62,885 nt of DNA, filler included, from Stramenopiles sp. TOSAG23-2 (GCA_900128395.1; 45 parts of 45 records of this genome joined end to end with filler, not necessarily neighbours in it); one strand, 5' to 3'. Positions 36,842 through 50,449 are shown, counted from the whole stretch's first letter. Notes: generated by a model not told the origin, from the letters alone. Translations and numbers: made by a program.

Positions 36842-37784
36842 ATGAGTAGCATAATGACTGAATTCTTCAATTTTTGTCTTTATTTCTTTTTCTCTCTCTT
36901 CTTTTATCTCGTTTTTAATGTCGTAGTAGCAGAGAAACCCATTTTAAAAGCAAATTGTAATAACTATCAAATAGATGTAAAAAATTTTTGTACAACGCAT
37001 CAAATTGAAGATGAATGCTTGAAATTAATCAACGTTGTTCAAGAAAAATGCCGTTCGTGGTCAAATAGTGGTGATGGGAATGGAGGTATAGTAGAAATAC
37101 CCATTGAATTGCAGTCCTCCTCCACATGTATTTTTCCAATAGTAGTAGATAATATACCACATTGTGTAATTGATAGGGAAGACTCAAAGCTATTAGTACA
37201 TGATGATAAACCTGAAATAATTGCTAGTAAAACATGTCAAACGTTTAACATGAACGAAAACGATTGTTCCACACTAGCAAACGCAGCAAAAACGCATTTA
37301 AATCAATTGATTGTTGATAGGATTCAAGTTGCTCATCGTGATAGTGGTATTATGAATCACAATGGGTCAAATCCATTTTTAATAAATTTACAAAACAATA
37401 ATTACAACAACGTTGCTCATACAAATGCATTATTAATTATGGATAAATGGCGTGTAAAAAGCAAATTAAGTCAAACAAGGTTGGACGACATCGAAGAAAT
37501 GAATGATGATAATGTACTTTTTCCAAATTTTTCTGTTCAATTAGTAAATGGTGTAAAGAATATCAACCGAAGTGATAATCGAATTTATGTAAAACATACA
37601 ATTAAATTAATGATCAAATTTAATAAAACGAAGATGAAGAAGTATGATAATATATATACATGCTTTCATATAAATAGTCCGTATAAATCTAGTTTTTACA
37701 CATCGAATGGATTAGATTTAGGATGCGAATCACTAATGGAAATGGAAAGCATTAATGAATACATGTTTCAGATACAAAATATAC
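36842..37784 (+). CDS. Secreted or signal-anchored hypothetical protein; 3' partial
   Basis: N-terminal hydrophobic segment; repeated FC..H.I...C..L / TC..F.M...C..L modules. Confidence 0.6.
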
Positions 37785-37884
37785 NNNNNNNNNNNNNNNN
37801 NNNNNNNNNNNNNNNNNNNNNNNNNNNNTTAATTAATTAANNNNNNNNNNNNNNNNNNNNNNNNNNNNNNNNNNNNNNNNNNNN

Positions 37885-39179
37885 GAATTATAAATTGCCC
37901 CACCTTCAATGTTTGCTTCATTATTTGTGAATTCACATGAGACTATTTCCAACACTGCCATTACTTCAGTCTGTGTTTTAAATCCATTTGCATAATAGAT
38001 CGCCCCACCATAATAAGTTGCAATATTTCCAATAAATTTCGTATTTATAATTTTTATCGATTTTAACGTTTCACGCATGGTTATGGCACCACCCTTTCGC
38101 TTTGCCACATTGCCTTGTAATAATGAACCTGACATGAAAAATGTGACAGTCTTGGAGGAGATGCCTATCGCACCTGAATCCGATTTGGCATAATTATTGA
38201 TGAATTTACTATTGATTACTGTTCCAGTAGAAGAATCGTCTAGTTGAACCGTACCACCCGTTGCAATATTGTTTTGCAAAGTTGAATCTATTATCTGAAC
38301 AAATGCATTTGCTCTTGCATCAATAGCACCACCATTGACAGCGTTTCCATTTTCAAATAAACAATTTGCATATGTACCATTTGTACTACTGGAATGAAAC
38401 ACCGCGCCTCCACTACTCCTAGCGGTGTTGTTTATAAAATGACAATTGTAAAATTGTGTTATTGTCTTTGAAAATCCATAATAAGCACCACCATAATTTG
38501 CTATGTTATTTTTAAAAACACAATCTACATATTTTGTTTTTGCATTGGAGCCATCGTCAATCGCACCACCATATGGTCCTTTGCATTTATTAAATATGCA
38601 ACGATGAAATTGTGAAGTTGAATCACTTTCAGGTACAACGGCACCCCCAAAACCACCATAGCCACCACCTAATTGATTTTTACTATTTGTTTCTGAATTA
38701 TCAAACAAACAATCATTAAAGATTGGTGATCCACCTTGTATCCAACCTGTACCACCTTGCCCTGCACGAGCCCTTATAAATTGGCATTTATTAAATGTTG
38801 GGGAGGAATTTTCAATATAAAAGACACCACCTTGTATACCAAAACCAAAGCCACTAAGCGTTGAGTTGGTAAAGATTATATTTTCCAAAATAGCAGTAGT
38901 ACCACCAATCAAAATTAAGGACCCGCCTTTTGAATTAAATTTTTGACTAATTATTGGATGTGTACTTGAATCAATACCTGCACCATTTTTAATATGTAAG
39001 TTTCGTAATATAATATTTTGAATTCCATCAATTATGATAAAGCATGATTTACGTTTTTGTAAATCAATAATTGTGTCACTATTTGTTGTTCCTTCTATAA
39101 TTATCTTGGATGTGTGTTGTTGTGATAATAATATATTGGAATAATTACCTATTGGATAATATGTACCAGGATGATATTG
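37885..39179 (-). CDS. Parallel beta-helix protein (polymorphic membrane protein/pectin-lyase-like, GGA(I/V)-FxxN repeats); internal fragment
   Basis: Many F..N.A..GGAI repeats; upstream PGTY motif in the same frame. Confidence 0.85.
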
Positions 39180-39573
39180 AANNNNNNNNNNNNNNNNNNN
39201 NNNNNNNNNNNNNNNNNNNNNNNNNTTAATTAATTAANNNNNNNNNNNNNNNNNNNNNNNNNNNNNNNNNNNNNNNNNNNNTTTCCAGAGTGCGTTTATG
39301 ACATCTTCTTGGATTTAAAAATAAAAATGTCTGAAATTTTCCAAAAATTCATGATTTTTTGCAAGATCTTAATCTAGGAATTATAATGCACGAGGTTTGA
39401 TAGTAAAATATGTGTAAATTGTACGAGTACTTATTAGTATATTAAAATTTTATTCATCAACTGCAAGTCTCTCAGAAAAACCGGGTCATATTTTACACTT
39501 ATATGATGGACATATCCGTATAAATAGAATAAAATATTTTGTAACTTCTTAATAATCATTGTATTTTTTATAT

Positions 39574-40098
39574 TTACTCATATAAACTGCATATGAAGTC
39601 ATTTAGATGCTCTATTGGTTGCGGTGCTGGCACATTTGGTGCTATGAAGTTGCTCAATCTGCCAGCAAAATTAACCAGGTCATCCACATTTAAATTACTT
39701 GTACTAGGACCTACAGAGGCATCATTATAACCATTTTCTTTTTTAATTTTATCCAATAAGTGATCTAACTTTAATTTGGAACTTTCAATTGTTTCTAAAC
39801 TTTTTAAATACACATCTTCACTTTCTTTTAAATTATCATTTACATCTTGCAATTTTTTTTCATTTTTTTTGTATTGATCTAGCGTCTGTATTAAATCCTT
39901 CAGCTCCTTATTGTTTACTAAACCATCACTTCGCAAGATATTAATTTTATCTACAGTATCATTTCTACGAATTTCATTTAATATTTGCTCTCGTACATCT
40001 TGTATTTTCTCACGTTGCACCTTTACTTGTTCTCCAATGTGGTAATTCACCGGGTTGGTCCGTAACTTTCTGCGCTTATTTACGCGGGTTGTAGTCAT
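39574..40098 (-). CDS. MED4: Mediator complex subunit 4-like
   Basis: Coiled coil followed by VDDLVNFAGRLSNFIAP...PQP, matching the Med4 'LL.YA.RIS..P...P.P' pattern. Confidence 0.65.
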   Translation of the reverse strand: MTTTRVNKRRKLRTNPVNYHIGEQVKVQREKIQDVREQILNEIRRNDTVDKINILRSDGLVNNKELKDLIQTLDQYKKNEKKLQDVNDNLKESEDVYLKSLETIESSKLKLDHLLDKIKKENGYNDASVGPSTSNLNVDDLVNFAGRLSNFIAPNVPAPQPIEHLNDFICSLYE

Positions 40099-40678
40099 GA
40101 TTGAGTGGAATATATGTATATATGTATATGCACATTAAGTTATATCTTGTATACTAAAATATTGTGTATACATATAGACGACTATATATTTATATGTTAC
40201 ATTTTAAATTACTGATGAGTTGCATGATGGTTCAAATTTCAACAAATTTTTTAATATCATTTTAAGGTATTTAATAGCTTGATGCTGCTGATCTTAAATA
40301 GTGTGTGCAAACTATTTTACTATACTAGAATATATCAACCTTATTATATAATGTATATTATGATTATTATTATTATTATTATCTTCCAGCACTACATTTC
40401 TTGCCCTATGCTAAATCCATATAAATTTTCTTCTACAAGCTAAAAAAAAATTATGAGCTTAATAGCATCGTCACAGCGTTAGCCACTCATCAAGCTATTT
40501 GGCGATTTACAAAATCCGTAGCAAGTTCCCAAAAAAAAAATAGCTTCCAGCACTACATTTCTTGCCCTATGCTAAATCNNNNNNNNNNNNNNNNNNNNNN
40601 NNNNNNNNNNNNNNNNNNNNNNTTAATTAATTAANNNNNNNNNNNNNNNNNNNNNNNNNNNNNNNNNNNNNNNNNNNN

Positions 40679-41244
40679 AGTTTCTTTTTGGTAATCATTT
40701 CCAAATATTTTTTTTCACTATTCTTGATACGTATGTCTCGTAGCAATTGACGACGTTTTTCTTCATCGGGTAAATAATATTTGTCTTTAGGTGTATCTAT
40801 GAATTGGGCAAACCATAACCAATACGATAATGGTTTGTTGTCATAATAAACTTCGTTCATACCAGATGAGACATTTTTTTTAAATACTTTTTTTACAAAT
40901 CCTTTCGGTGAATAACCAATACGTTCATTCTTGTATATTAATTCACCATCATCAGCTACGTCGCAATAATACCATTTAACAATCCGTTTATTATTATTAT
41001 CTGCTGGTTGACGGACATCTTTAATCCCTAAGACATCAGTACCTGGTACAAATATATTTAATTTCTTTAAATATAACAATACTGGCAATTTCCCATTATA
41101 TGGTCCATAGGATATAGTAGAATCTCTTTTCATAATTTTATTAGATTCATCAGCATTATGATCTCTTTTGCGTTTATTTTTTTTATTATTCACAGCATTG
41201 TTTTCATTCGTAGTAGTTGTCGTAGTTGTGGTTGAAAAATCCAT
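40679..41244 (-). CDS. RAMA-domain protein (MPND-like putative modified-DNA reader); 3' partial
   Basis: LKKLNIFVPGTDVLGI...YYCDVADDGELIY...YSPKGFV...SGMNEVYYDNKPL; NLS-like KKNKRKR. Confidence 0.65.
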
Positions 41245-42075
41245 ATTCCTGTTTCGAAACTGTCGTAAAGATCCCAATATGCATCCTATATGTTAATATA
41301 TATATATATATATATACAAATGTACATACAATCATTCAATTGAATGATTTAGAGTTTATTCTATTCTATATACAATATTATAATCTATATTTCCAATATA
41401 TATGATATATATGATAGATATATATAATAATGTAATAAAATAAAACAACACACTACTATTGATTTTATATACACATGTAATATAGCTTTACTATAACCCA
41501 CGGAGCACAAACTTTATTTTAATTTATGGAAACTGTATGGTCTTTCACGAAAAGCGGCTTTTGGGATTATTTAAGGTATCTTTCTCCTTTTTGTATGTGC
41601 TGCGTAGCTGCTATTTATATTAGTTGAATGAGAAGAAGCCAAATCCTTAATTTGTTTTGAGAGTCCTCCTCTCACATTCTATAATATACAGTAGTAACTG
41701 TTATCCCGACAAATATATATACAAATATTTTATTATTTAATTATATTATAGTACAGGAGAAAATAGGAAATATACATTTTTATAGTAAATGGTGTTTATG
41801 TTTATATATGCAATTTTAAAAGACAAAGTGTCGAACGGAACATTATTATACGATTTAATAAATCAATTGATCAGTATTAATCATATTGTGTGATTGAAAC
41901 TATATATAGTATATTGTAACATTTATAATCATTTTTGTAAACGACCTCATTTTTTAAAATTAATCTTTTAGTTTTNNNNNNNNNNNNNNNNNNNNNNNNN
42001 NNNNNNNNNNNNNNNNNNNTTAATTAATTAANNNNNNNNNNNNNNNNNNNNNNNNNNNNNNNNNNNNNNNNNNNN

Positions 42076-42662
42076 TTGAAACGTCAATTGTAAAACAATT
42101 TACTGATGAAAAAAAGTGGTACATTGATACTCAAGAATTTGTTGAAGATTTAGTAAAAATGCATAAAGCAAATATTTTAGAAAATATCGACAATAATATT
42201 GAACAAAAGTATGGTAATGAATGCAATAGTTTTATAGTTGCAGCGGAATTTGCTGATAATATTAATATCACTGATATGATGGATTATGATAACCAGCAGC
42301 AAACGTTTTTAGATATTCTTCTAAACCGCGATGATAGTGACAGTGCCTTAATAAAGCAATTAGTTAAATTTGTTTATGATAAAGGAGGTTGTCCTGCTAA
42401 TGAGCGCAACATGAATGAATTACAAATTGCCGTTTTTCATGAAAATGTTGAAAAGGTCAGGGAATTGTTACTGCTTGAAAATGCAGATGTTGGTGCGACA
42501 TTCGAGCATATATATGATTACGACGAAAGAGAAAAAAACGCAATTCAAATCGCAATGCAATTTAATGAATCAAAAGAAATTTTATTGATGTTAATTGCTC
42601 ATAAATCATGCACAAAGGAAGTCATAAGAAAAATGGAAGAGCAGATGTATGACACATATTAA
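42076..42662 (+). CDS. Ankyrin-like repeat protein; 5' partial
   Basis: QTFLDILL..KGG; MNELQIAVFHENVEKVRELLLLENADV; KNAIQIA. Confidence 0.6.
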
Positions 42663-42707
42663 AAAATAAGAAACAAATAGAAAATAATGCGCATCTATCT
42701 AGTTCAG

Positions 42708-42740
<33 letters not shown>

Positions 42741-43471
42741 AATATATATGATACAATATAATAATATGATGGTTAAAATAAGTTATGATAGACATTATAT
42801 ACGAAGCGTATTATATGTAACACTCTTAAAGAGAAAATTGGAGATTACGTTTATTTGTTCCATTACGGTTGAAATTACTGATATTATAAAATAAAAATTC
42901 GGCTTTTAACAAAAATTACAACAAAAAAAGATTTTTATGATACACTGGACTCTGATATTTAGTTTCTAGTATAGTGAGTAGTGAGGTCGTATCTGATAAA
43001 TGTTTAATAAAAAAGAAGTATGGACGCGTGTAAAAAAAAAAATAACGTTCGTACCGTTTTTCGTGTGTTTTTTACTCTACTTAATTTTTACCCAACGCTT
43101 TTAACAACTCTTCATCCCATATATTGATCAAAAAATATTTGTTGTGCTTCCGGTGCCCACCTTCCTTCCTCTGGTGCATCCAATGTATTTCCTAAATTAA
43201 ATACCAAGACCCATTTTTTTTTGCATTTTTCTGCTGGTGTCAAGAAATTCGTTATACTTTTGCCATCAATAATATCAGCGCTTAGACCAAATATTCAACG
43301 AAATTTTAATTTAACGCGCTCTTTTTATATAACACACATCATATTTTAAAATCTAATTGTTTTTTTTTACCNNNNNNNNNNNNNNNNNNNNNNNNNNNNN
43401 NNNNNNNNNNNNNNNTTAATTAATTAANNNNNNNNNNNNNNNNNNNNNNNNNNNNNNNNNNNNNNNNNNNN

Positions 43472-44767
43472 TTTTAAGTGCCTTACGTTTAATATCCAAC
43501 TTTTTCTTGTTGTTATTATTGCTGTAGTTGTTCTTGTTGTTGTTGTCATTGCTATCCGCTGCATCCTCGTCCTCATCAACAATAACACGTTTTAAAAAGA
43601 AATTCAATAATTTAACATCATAATGCCTTAAATTCATTTCATCTTGTCCAATTGCAAGCGATATTATCATTTGAAACATAAATGCTAAAATTTCAGTTTC
43701 GGATAATTTGTCACGACCATTATTACCAATGGCGACATCATCTTCGTTACGTAAATATGTTTCTAAATCACCACCATCACATAATTCCATACGAATGTAC
43801 ATATGGCAACTTTTGTCTACTTTCGGTTTGTACGTTTTTATCTTTCGTTTCGTTTTAGTATTAGTACGTTTCGTATTTTTTTTCCTACTAGTAAGATTAT
43901 TATTATCATGTTCTTTTGTTGCAGTATTAATTATGAAATCTTTTTCATATTTACATGTTGATGATGCATCCATTTTCCATAATGTTTCCGGTGGTGCATA
44001 TGCAAATTGAAATACTTGATACGTTTCGATAAAATTTGGGCATTTATTATCAGTAACTAATTCCGATAACAATGTGCTGACTTGAACTTCTTGTCGTATA
44101 ACTTCTTCATTTCCCATTTCAAGAATACTTTTTACATCCATCACCGATATTGCTTCCATACGTTTTTTAGTATTATTCCATACTTTATAAACACTTTTAT
44201 AAGCACCTTCGGCAAGGAAACATCCCCATGGAAATGCCGTTTGCATACCTTTCCAATTTGTCAATAGATTTTGAGAAACGGATATAATATCATTGATATT
44301 ATTCAAAGTCAAACTTTCCGATGCAGAAACCCAGCTAGCTACTGTATTTGATGTATGTGACCATAAATGAGAAACTGACATTGTGCTTAACAATAAATCT
44401 TTTGCAGATAAAAATTCAAATGCTAAACGTAATACGGCTGCAATATTAGAACTATCTCTTTCTTCGTCGCTATTGTTATTATCGTTGTTGTTAATATCCA
44501 TCGTTAATGTTTTTGTTGTTGTCATTGATGTAGATACAATTAACTTTTCCATACCATCTGTTAATGTATTTACACTATCTTTCTTCTGTTCCGTCATTAT
44601 TATCGATTTGACTGGAGCTAAGGATGGTCGAAATTTATTATTTGTATTTTTACTACCATTAAGAATAATACTTATACTATCACGACGATAATCATTGTTG
44701 TTGTTCTTGTTCTTGTTGTTACTATTGCCATTACCATTATTACTTAAACTTTGTCTACCTTCCATAA
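43472..44767 (-). CDS. Ser/Thr protein kinase (haspin-like/atypical) preceded by an F-box-like segment; partial
   Basis: FLAEGAYKSVYKV, CPNFIETY, MELCDGGDLE, LRHYDVKLLNFFL; LRLAFEFLSAKDLL..MSVSHLW upstream. Confidence 0.8.
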
Positions 44768-45257
44768 NNNNNNNNNNNNNNNNNNNNNNNNNNNNNNNNN
44801 NNNNNNNNNNNTTAATTAATTAANNNNNNNNNNNNNNNNNNNNNNNNNNNNNNNNNNNNNNNNNNNNACAATAATTCACATACATCTAAAATTACCATAT
44901 AAATACATAATATATACATTTAAAGAAGTGATGATAGATGAGAAGACCAACCCGAAGAAGAAAACGAAAAAAGAATAAATAAAAACAAAAAACAAAAAGT
45001 ACAACAGTAAGTAGAAAACATATATATATAAATACTTTATTCAAAAACAAATCAAAATACATGATTCTTTTGACCTCGTTCGCTTTGAACACAAATGTTA
45101 TATTCGTGTTCAAATGCCATCGAGATATTCTGGTAGATTTTCCTACTTTTTTATACCACAATATGAAACATTATAATTATATTTTAAAACAACTAACATA
45201 AATATCGCCTTTCTATTAGAGCAAATAATATTTTAAACACAAAACAAATATAATAAT

Positions 45258-45662
45258 ATGTCAAATTTGAACGTAAAATACGACACCATCAAAGATGCCG
45301 CTAATACCTATATCGACGAAGAAAGTGAACGCCAAATCGTTGAATCAGGCCGATCCATTCATAAAAAGGATGAAGCGAAAGGCATCTTTTATGTACAGGT
45401 GCGAAAGCATTTAAAGGTGAAAGGTGAAAAACCTTTAACTTTAAAAAGTGCTGAGCTTCTCTGCAAAGACAGAAGCGGCACTGCAAAATTTATGTATTGC
45501 CAGCAGCGTTACATTAGATGTGACCCGGCAGCTGCTGCCCGTGTAATGCGCGCTGGTCGCGGAAACACTTTATTGTCTTCTCGACAACTAGTTGCAAAGG
45601 TTTTAAAACCTTTGTATCCAAATGTAAATTTGGACGAAATATTGTCACGTGTGTTTGATTAA
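45258..45662 (+). CDS. Hypothetical protein
   Basis: Complete 134-aa ORF, GC-richer than its flanks. Confidence 0.55.
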   Translation: MSNLNVKYDTIKDAANTYIDEESERQIVESGRSIHKKDEAKGIFYVQVRKHLKVKGEKPLTLKSAELLCKDRSGTAKFMYCQQRYIRCDPAAAARVMRAGRGNTLLSSRQLVAKVLKPLYPNVNLDEILSRVFD

Positions 45663-47659
45663 ATATCATACACACGTCAATATGTGAAGACGATGGTATA
45701 AGGGCCATGTCAACAACCTTGTCGCGATATTGTTTTTATATATATAGTAGGTGCACAACTCCGCAAGGGTTTGAAAATTCGTGTTATTAGTTTAAGAGTC
45801 TTATGAAGTGTAAGAGTCTTATGGACGAGACAGAATTAGTGCACGAACTACATGATGCCAAAAATATCCAAATAACCTCGAACTACTAGTATACCGCTGG
45901 GTAAAAATAGGAATCCGTACACATATCATACGAAGTATGCATACGACGTATAAAGAATTATCATATGATACCGGTAACATAATATATGTGTTTTTTCATA
46001 CGTATTTACGAGTATATATATATTTGCACCCTTCCAACTGATTATCAATATATATGTATATATATATTATAATAATAAAATACGACGTATTTAAAAACAA
46101 TTCACAATTACTCCTCGTAAGACATGAAATATTTTAAATGATACACTATTTTGATAGGGAGGCNNNNNNNNNNNNNNNNNNNNNNNNNNNNNNNNNNNNN
46201 NNNNNNNTTAATTAATTAANNNNNNNNNNNNNNNNNNNNNNNNNNNNNNNNNNNNNNNNNNNNCGATTTAGATTGACTAATTTAAGGAAATGTGTACTTC
46301 TTGTTTTTTAAACTTCATAATTCATCATCAAAATAAGGTTAATTGGAACTGGAAAAAAATTCAGACGACTCTTACGCAGACTAATTCAGATGAGTATATT
46401 TTCAGAGAGAATCTCTGATATTTTTTGATATTGTGTTCTAATTTGCCTTATACGTCGCTTCGCTCCTTGCTTCATTTTAAAAGAAGAGAAGCGAGACGTA
46501 GAAGACGAAGACACCATTAGTGTGAAGGGACCGAGTAATCTAGCTCTACTGGTAGCTCTGCCTGGCCGTGGAGTGGAGATGGGAGATATAGCATAGCATT
46601 ATATATATTAATATTTTAGCTATACAATCCCAAGGCAATCTATTTATACAATAAAATATTTTCGAAACATCTAATTATTTTATATTACGAAGTATATAAT
46701 GTAATAATATATATACCTATATATATACATATATATTGTTCGTATGCATACTTCATTTTAAGTTTTTATTTATATATATTTTTCTTTATATACCATAGAC
46801 ATAATTACTTCTTGGACTTTTTGCTTGCTCTAATATGGAAATTAATATTTCCGGTTATGGATTAGAACTTAACGCAATTATTATTCGATTACAAAGTAAT
46901 GTTTTGATATGATCTTATGTATAATGTTTTCACAGATGTGATCACAGATGTGTGTATATTTTAATAATAAAATATACACATCACAATGAGTGGTATTTGC
47001 ACATTTGCACATTTCATATATGTGCATATTATATGCGTTTGTTATACATAATAATAATATAATAGCTATACGTTATACCTATGTATATAATAACAGCAGT
47101 GCGGCAGGGCAGGCCTGATGTATCCAATGGTGTGTCCCTTCTGGAATTTCACTGTTGTTCTTTTTTTCTTTTTCACTCCTCTTGGTGCCCTTGCCCGGCT
47201 TGCTAAGGCTTGCCCGGCTTCTTGCATGAATTGCAACTGCACAACTCTTCTTAATAAAAATAATAAATTACTGTATCGATACCAATGGTGTGTCCCTTCT
47301 GGAATTTCACTGTTGTTCTTTTTTTCTTTTTCACTCAACTCCTCTTGTCTCTTGTTGCTCTTGCATGATGAATTGCATGCAACTGCACCAACTCTTCTTT
47401 ATGTGCTTATTAAAAATAATAAATTACTGTATAATATATACGACGTATGTGTGTATATATAATAGTATTTCCAAACAATTCATTTGTAAACCGCCTGCAA
47501 CAACAAAAAATTGCTAAAGAAATTAGTCAGGTTTTTCATTTTAGCGGCATTTGGATTCANNNNNNNNNNNNNNNNNNNNNNNNNNNNNNNNNNNNNNNNN
47601 NNNTTAATTAATTAANNNNNNNNNNNNNNNNNNNNNNNNNNNNNNNNNNNNNNNNNNNN

Positions 47660-48752
47660 TTGGGTTCCGTGGATTCAAAATCAACAAAGGAAAATGATAG
47701 AGGTGGAAGTAATGGATTTTTGAAAAAAAGTAAAGATGGAAATATATACAATAATAATAATGTCACAAATGCAGCATATTCCTCCGATGATGATGATTGG
47801 TCCGACGGGGAAATCCATGAAGTTACTGATGTGCTGAAAGAAATAGGAGAACTTGAACCAACAAAACGTTTTACGTTTAACATGACACACGAGAGATTGA
47901 AGACGGGTATTAAAGTTCGTAACGCTTCATGCTTAAACGAAATTTTAAATTTTGCGTATGGCAATATAGCTGAACAAAATCGTTTGGATTATATGGAAGA
48001 CCGGCATGTAGCTATCGTCGATTTTGTCTCCGGTACCGAAAATGGTGAACAACGTTCAATGTCTTATTTCAGTGTATACGATGGGCATGGTGGCGACGAA
48101 TGCGCGCAGTTTTTGAAGCTGTCTTTACATGATGAAATACATTCTCAAGAATGTCTGTGGAAGGATCCAACAAAGGCATTGAAAGAATCATTTAAATTAG
48201 TCCAAGAGAAGTTTGTTAAATATGCTGCGGAACATTCTATTTACTCCGGGTCGACAGCATGTGTCAGTTTAATCTATCCAGACAAGTACGTTCTAGCAAA
48301 TGTAGGAGATAGCAGAGCTGTTTTAAGTCGACTTGGGCGTGTTGTTGAAATTACAGTCGATCATAAGCCAGCACTGCAAGCCGAGATGGAGCGAATTCAT
48401 CATAGCTGTTTCTAGAAGTTTTGGGGATATCGAATATAATTATGTAAAAGAGCAATCGTGGGGGAAATCATTTGACGATGACTTAATTATTGCAACGCCG
48501 GATATTTTTATTGAAAAACGGGTGCCTCAAGAGGATGAATTTTTAATAATTGCAAGCGATGGTTTATGGGACGCTTTTCCATCTCAAAAAGTGGTAAATA
48601 TGTTTCGCAAATTTTTGGTAGATATGAAAGGCAGTATAGATGACGCACTAACAAAAATTGTAGAAGAAGCGAAATTACATTTAAAAGCACCCGATAATAT
48701 TACTGTTCAGGCAGTTGTATTCAATTCAGAGAGAGGTTCATTTACGTCATAA
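47660..48752 (+). CDS. Protein phosphatase 2C (PPM family), with an internal deletion/frameshift at about 48403
   Basis: MEDRH, FSVYDGHGG, SGSTA, ANVGDSRAVL, DHKP; second frame AVSRSFGD, FLIIASDGLWD, DNITV. Confidence 0.92.
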
Positions 48753-49430
48753 ACAATTAAAATATAGCGTGTAAAATTATATTAAACACACTAGAGAGTG
48801 CGAGATACGAAGTACGAAGTAGATATTATCATATTGCCTCTCAGTGTTACATTTATTCTTTTGAAGAGTATGCATAGGAATTATCACACATGTGAGTAAA
48901 AATTAAAACACACATTAAACACGCATAATTTATATCATATATATAAATTATGCGNNNNNNNNNNNNNNNNNNNNNNNNNNNNNNNNNNNNNNNNNNNNTT
49001 AATTAATTAANNNNNNNNNNNNNNNNNNNNNNNNNNNNNNNNNNNNNNNNNNNNAAGGGAAAATAGATATGGACGGTAAAAATTTTGGTAGTTGTATTGC
49101 AGTGCTATCATCTATAAAAACAACAAAATTTTTTATCAAAACACACTAATTAGACAATTATAGACTATTACCAGACGACTAATCTATGGGCATTTGAGTG
49201 CATGAGGTTTTTTTGTAAGAACGAACTAAAAAACTAAAACAAAATGTAAAACTACCTAGGTAAACATCAAAGAGATACATGTCCGCGTACAATCATAGTC
49301 AAGCTCTGTATTTAATTAATCATAATTCAACTATAAATTTTCTAATTATACACCCAAAACAACAAAAAAAGAAACAAACAAGACTGATTAACTATATTTA
49401 TATAACGATTAGCTACATTTATAAAAAAAT

Positions 49431-50087
49431 ATGGTAGCAGCATCAACACTCATCCTGGTACCAATCAGCTACTTCGTAGGGTGCAGGATTGGTTATAATG
49501 TGGCACGTCAGCAGTACCTACATCAACATCAAGTTGTTATTAATACGCTACTTGTCCAAGTGCAAGCAGAAAAGCCGTTTGCAACGGTTGGTGACTTTGA
49601 TAACTTCACGCGCCATGAGGTAAAAGAGTTGATCACTAATTTCAGTCGACTTAAAAGATTGTATAGTGAACATGTTGAAAATCTACCACCTGATCATCGT
49701 TTACATCTTCGAGTGGAAGAAAACGGTAACTACAACTGCGCCATCTGCTTCAATGACAAAATGCTGGAGGAGTTTACAATCTTCAATTGTGGACATGCCA
49801 CGTGTACCGATTGCGACATCCAAGCTATTGTTGCAACAATGCTTGCACGTTATGATATCCGCAGGCATATGTATAATGTTGATGATGATGTCATGCCAAT
49901 TTTAGGCAAAATTGTTGATGAAGTTATGAAAGAAGTAACAGCTCCAATTGAAGGAGAGCAAGAAGGAGCTGATTTTGATGGTGAACATTTTATTCCACAT
50001 TGCAATACATGTGCATACGGAAGGTGTCATATTACACAACGTTATAAAGTTGGAAATGATGCTGCGACTGTTGAAAATGTTGTATAG
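49431..50087 (+). CDS. RING-finger protein with N-terminal hydrophobic segment
   Basis: CAIC...CGHATCTDC, with distal HCNTC..GRC. Confidence 0.7.
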   Translation: MVAASTLILVPISYFVGCRIGYNVARQQYLHQHQVVINTLLVQVQAEKPFATVGDFDNFTRHEVKELITNFSRLKRLYSEHVENLPPDHRLHLRVEENGNYNCAICFNDKMLEEFTIFNCGHATCTDCDIQAIVATMLARYDIRRHMYNVDDDVMPILGKIVDEVMKEVTAPIEGEQEGADFDGEHFIPHCNTCAYGRCHITQRYKVGNDAATVENVV

Positions 50088-50449
50088 TGTCATTTAAATA
50101 TTGATGTACTGTAGTAAATCAATGGTTCGTAAGATTTTTCATCTCACAAATTGTTACGATAATTACAGAAATAATTACGGCTTCGTATAATTATTCGTAA
50201 AAAATTACGAAGCTTCGTATTTTTTAAATATATATGCGCGTGTATGTAGACGTAAGATATAATATATTACGATTTTTTTTTTAAATTTTGTCCTCTCTCT
50301 TCCCTTCTCTACCAATTCTCATGTTCCACAAAACTACCACTATTGCGGCNNNNNNNNNNNNNNNNNNNNNNNNNNNNNNNNNNNNNNNNNNNNTTAATTA
50401 ATTAANNNNNNNNNNNNNNNNNNNNNNNNNNNNNNNNNNNNNNNNNNNN

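Noticed and set aside
48922-48954. Terminal hairpin CGCATAATTTATAT...ATATAAATTATGCG
   Set aside because: It sits at a contig end in AT-rich DNA and is most simply a fold-back or assembly break
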